In this document: one piece after another, positions 62,359 to 64,000 of the stretch
Position numbering within the stretch: the stretch's first letter is position 1
How the letters are laid out: every line of letters begins with the position of its first letter
Origin: an uncultured Acidobacteriota bacterium
GTDB taxonomy: Bacteria; Acidobacteriota; Thermoanaerobaculia; UBA5066
NCBI GenBank assembly: GCA_963779415.1
Contig: CAVZYA010000002.1
Coordinates: forward strand, 1,408,001-1,472,000
Direction: 5' to 3'
DNA: 64,000 nucleotides
Notes under the pieces: model-generated
Told to the model about the DNA's origin: nothing
Seen by the model: only the letters and a program-made list of their open reading frames with translations
Database searches by the model: none
Program-made: the position numbers and the translations under genes

Positions 62359-62450
62359 CGGGCGCCTCCTCGCGGCCGCGCGGCGGCCGTTCCTGGATTG
62401 ACGGCGGAGAGTAACGCGGCCGGGGCGGGAACGGGAAGCGGGCGGTCGCC

Positions 62451-62804
62451 CTAGCGTCTCCGGGAGCGCCCGAGGACGGCGTCGGCCTCGGATTTCGCGC
62501 TTCGCTCCACCTCGCCGCAGACGATCGAGCAGATCTTCTTCAGCGTCGGGTCGGAGATGGCGTAGACGGTCCGCGTCCCCTCCTTCCGGCGGGAAAGGAG
62601 GCCTGCCGCGTGAAGAAGGGCGAGGTGCTTCGAGACGTTCGCCTGTGTCCCGCCGACGTGGTCGAGGATCTCGTTCACCGAGGCGGGGCCTTCGAAGAGG
62701 CGCTCGAGGACCCGGAGGCGGGTCGGCTCGCCGAGGGCACGAAACCGGGCGGCCACGCGGTCCCGTGCCGCCTCCGAGAGGACGAGCCCCCCTTCCGTTC
62801 CCAC
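62451..62804 (-). CDS. ArsR/SmtB family transcriptional regulator
   Basis: FRALGEPTRLRVL, QANVSKHLALL..AGLL..RKEG, C-terminal ICSIVC. Confidence 0.9.
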   Translation of the reverse strand: MGTEGGLVLSEAARDRVAARFRALGEPTRLRVLERLFEGPASVNEILDHVGGTQANVSKHLALLHAAGLLSRRKEGTRTVYAISDPTLKKICSIVCGEVERSAKSEADAVLGRSRRR

Positions 62805-62810
62805 CTCGTC

Positions 62811-62839
62811 AATATGGGCAAGGAGCGCGGCTACGTCAA
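62811..62839 (-). promoter_or_regulatory. Promoter of the ArsR gene (leaderless)
   Basis: TTGACG (62839-62834), 17-nt spacer, CATATT (62816-62811), then 6 nt to GTG. Confidence 0.6.
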
Positions 62840-62905
62840 TCGCGGAAGCGCGGGAGGCGAGAACGGACGCGCAGGAGAGGCCCGACGGGCCCCTTGGCGT
62901 CACCC

Positions 62906-63109
62906 TCACGTGAAGCGGCCGGAGCCGCCGCACGAGGACGACCCGCCGCCTCCCGTCCCCGAGGACGAGGTGGCGAAAGCGGAGAAGAGCTTGAGGACCG
63001 AGGTGGAGCCGCAGGCAGGACATTCCGGCGGCGGACCTTCGTCCCGGACGCTCCGGATCTCCTCGAAGCGTTCCCCGCACTCCCGGCAGACATACTCGAA
63101 CATCGGCAT
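62906..63109 (-). CDS. FmdB family zinc-ribbon protein
   Basis: MPMFEYVCRECGERFE...CPACGS...KLFS and a Gly/Ser tail. Confidence 0.9.
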   Translation of the reverse strand: MPMFEYVCRECGERFEEIRSVRDEGPPPECPACGSTSVLKLFSAFATSSSGTGGGGSSSCGGSGRFT

Positions 63110-63123
63110 CGGAATCCTCCGTC

Positions 63124-63408
63124 TCAGGCGCTGGCGGCGTCGACGCCCCAGGTGATCATGTGCGCACGTTCCGCCGCCGGGCACTCGGACCGGACGGCGT
63201 CCCGAACCCGTCCCACCTCGTCGTCCTCGAGCAGCGTGAAGATTACCGCCGAGGTCTTCGGGAAGGCGGCCGAGCCGAGGCGGGGCCCGGTCGTTCCGAT
63301 CCCGACGGCCTTCGGGATCTCGGTGAAGCCGCGGACTCCCGCGCGCGAGAGGATCACCTCGATCTCCTCCTTGCAGGCTTCGTCGACGAGGATCATGAGG
63401 AGCTTCAT
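63124..63408 (-). CDS. P-II-like small protein
   Basis: MKLLMILVD...GVRGFTEIP..VG.G.TGPR.GS..FP. ATG overlaps the upstream stop. Confidence 0.7.
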   Translation of the reverse strand: MKLLMILVDEACKEEIEVILSRAGVRGFTEIPKAVGIGTTGPRLGSAAFPKTSAVIFTLLEDDEVGRVRDAVRSECPAAERAHMITWGVDAASA

Positions 63409-63598
63409 GCGGTCTGGTCCCTCACCCCGGTCTTCCGGAGGATCGCCATCATCGGGCACCACCTCGTGAAGGCCGACTGGAAGAGGTTCAGGCCGACGAA
63501 GGCCGTGAAGAGGTAGAAGGCGGGGTGGACCCATGTGCCGAGGGCGACGGAGAGGACGACGAAGAGGCCGGCGATCGCGCGGAGCATCTCGTTGACGT

Positions 63599-63602
<4 letters not shown>
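63405..63602 (-). CDS. DUF2892 (YgaP-like) membrane protein
   Basis: [23 protein letters not shown]. Confidence 0.88.

Positions 63603-64000
<398 letters not shown>

Overview
GC-rich (~70% by eye) bacterial chromosomal segment. Gene content and style suggest an Acidobacteriota genome, possibly Thermoanaerobaculia (inference only). Scattered single-base frameshifts in otherwise intact genes look like long-read assembly errors. Contents in order: MoxR/DUF58/VWA (Bat-like) operon; trxA, rsmA, uppP, ftsK; a small-protein/nucleotidyltransferase pair; a metY-aspartate kinase-metX operon; hup, fmt, rsmB, rhomboid, MFS, DegT aminotransferase; an ECF sigma cassette; CIRCE-groES-groEL; vapBC; an ~12 kb cell-surface glycosylation locus; metabolic and transport genes; a type IIA topoisomerase A subunit and ispH; and a respiratory cluster (Rieske, cytochrome b fused to a 9-heme cytochrome c, tetraheme c, NrfC/NrfD) next to ArsR, P-II-like, DUF2892 and RND genes. 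Two non-annotated signals stand out. (1) A 33-codon Met-rich leader peptide (MEMSMWM) lies between a consensus sigma70 promoter and an intrinsic terminator upstream of metY, with mutually exclusive 1:2, 2:3 and 3:4 pairings, i.e. a candidate methionine-sensing ribosome-mediated attenuator. (2) A ~92-bp element with terminal inverted repeats is inserted in frame in fmt, and related pieces occur in frame in the MFS gene, resembling Rickettsia-type coding palindromic elements.
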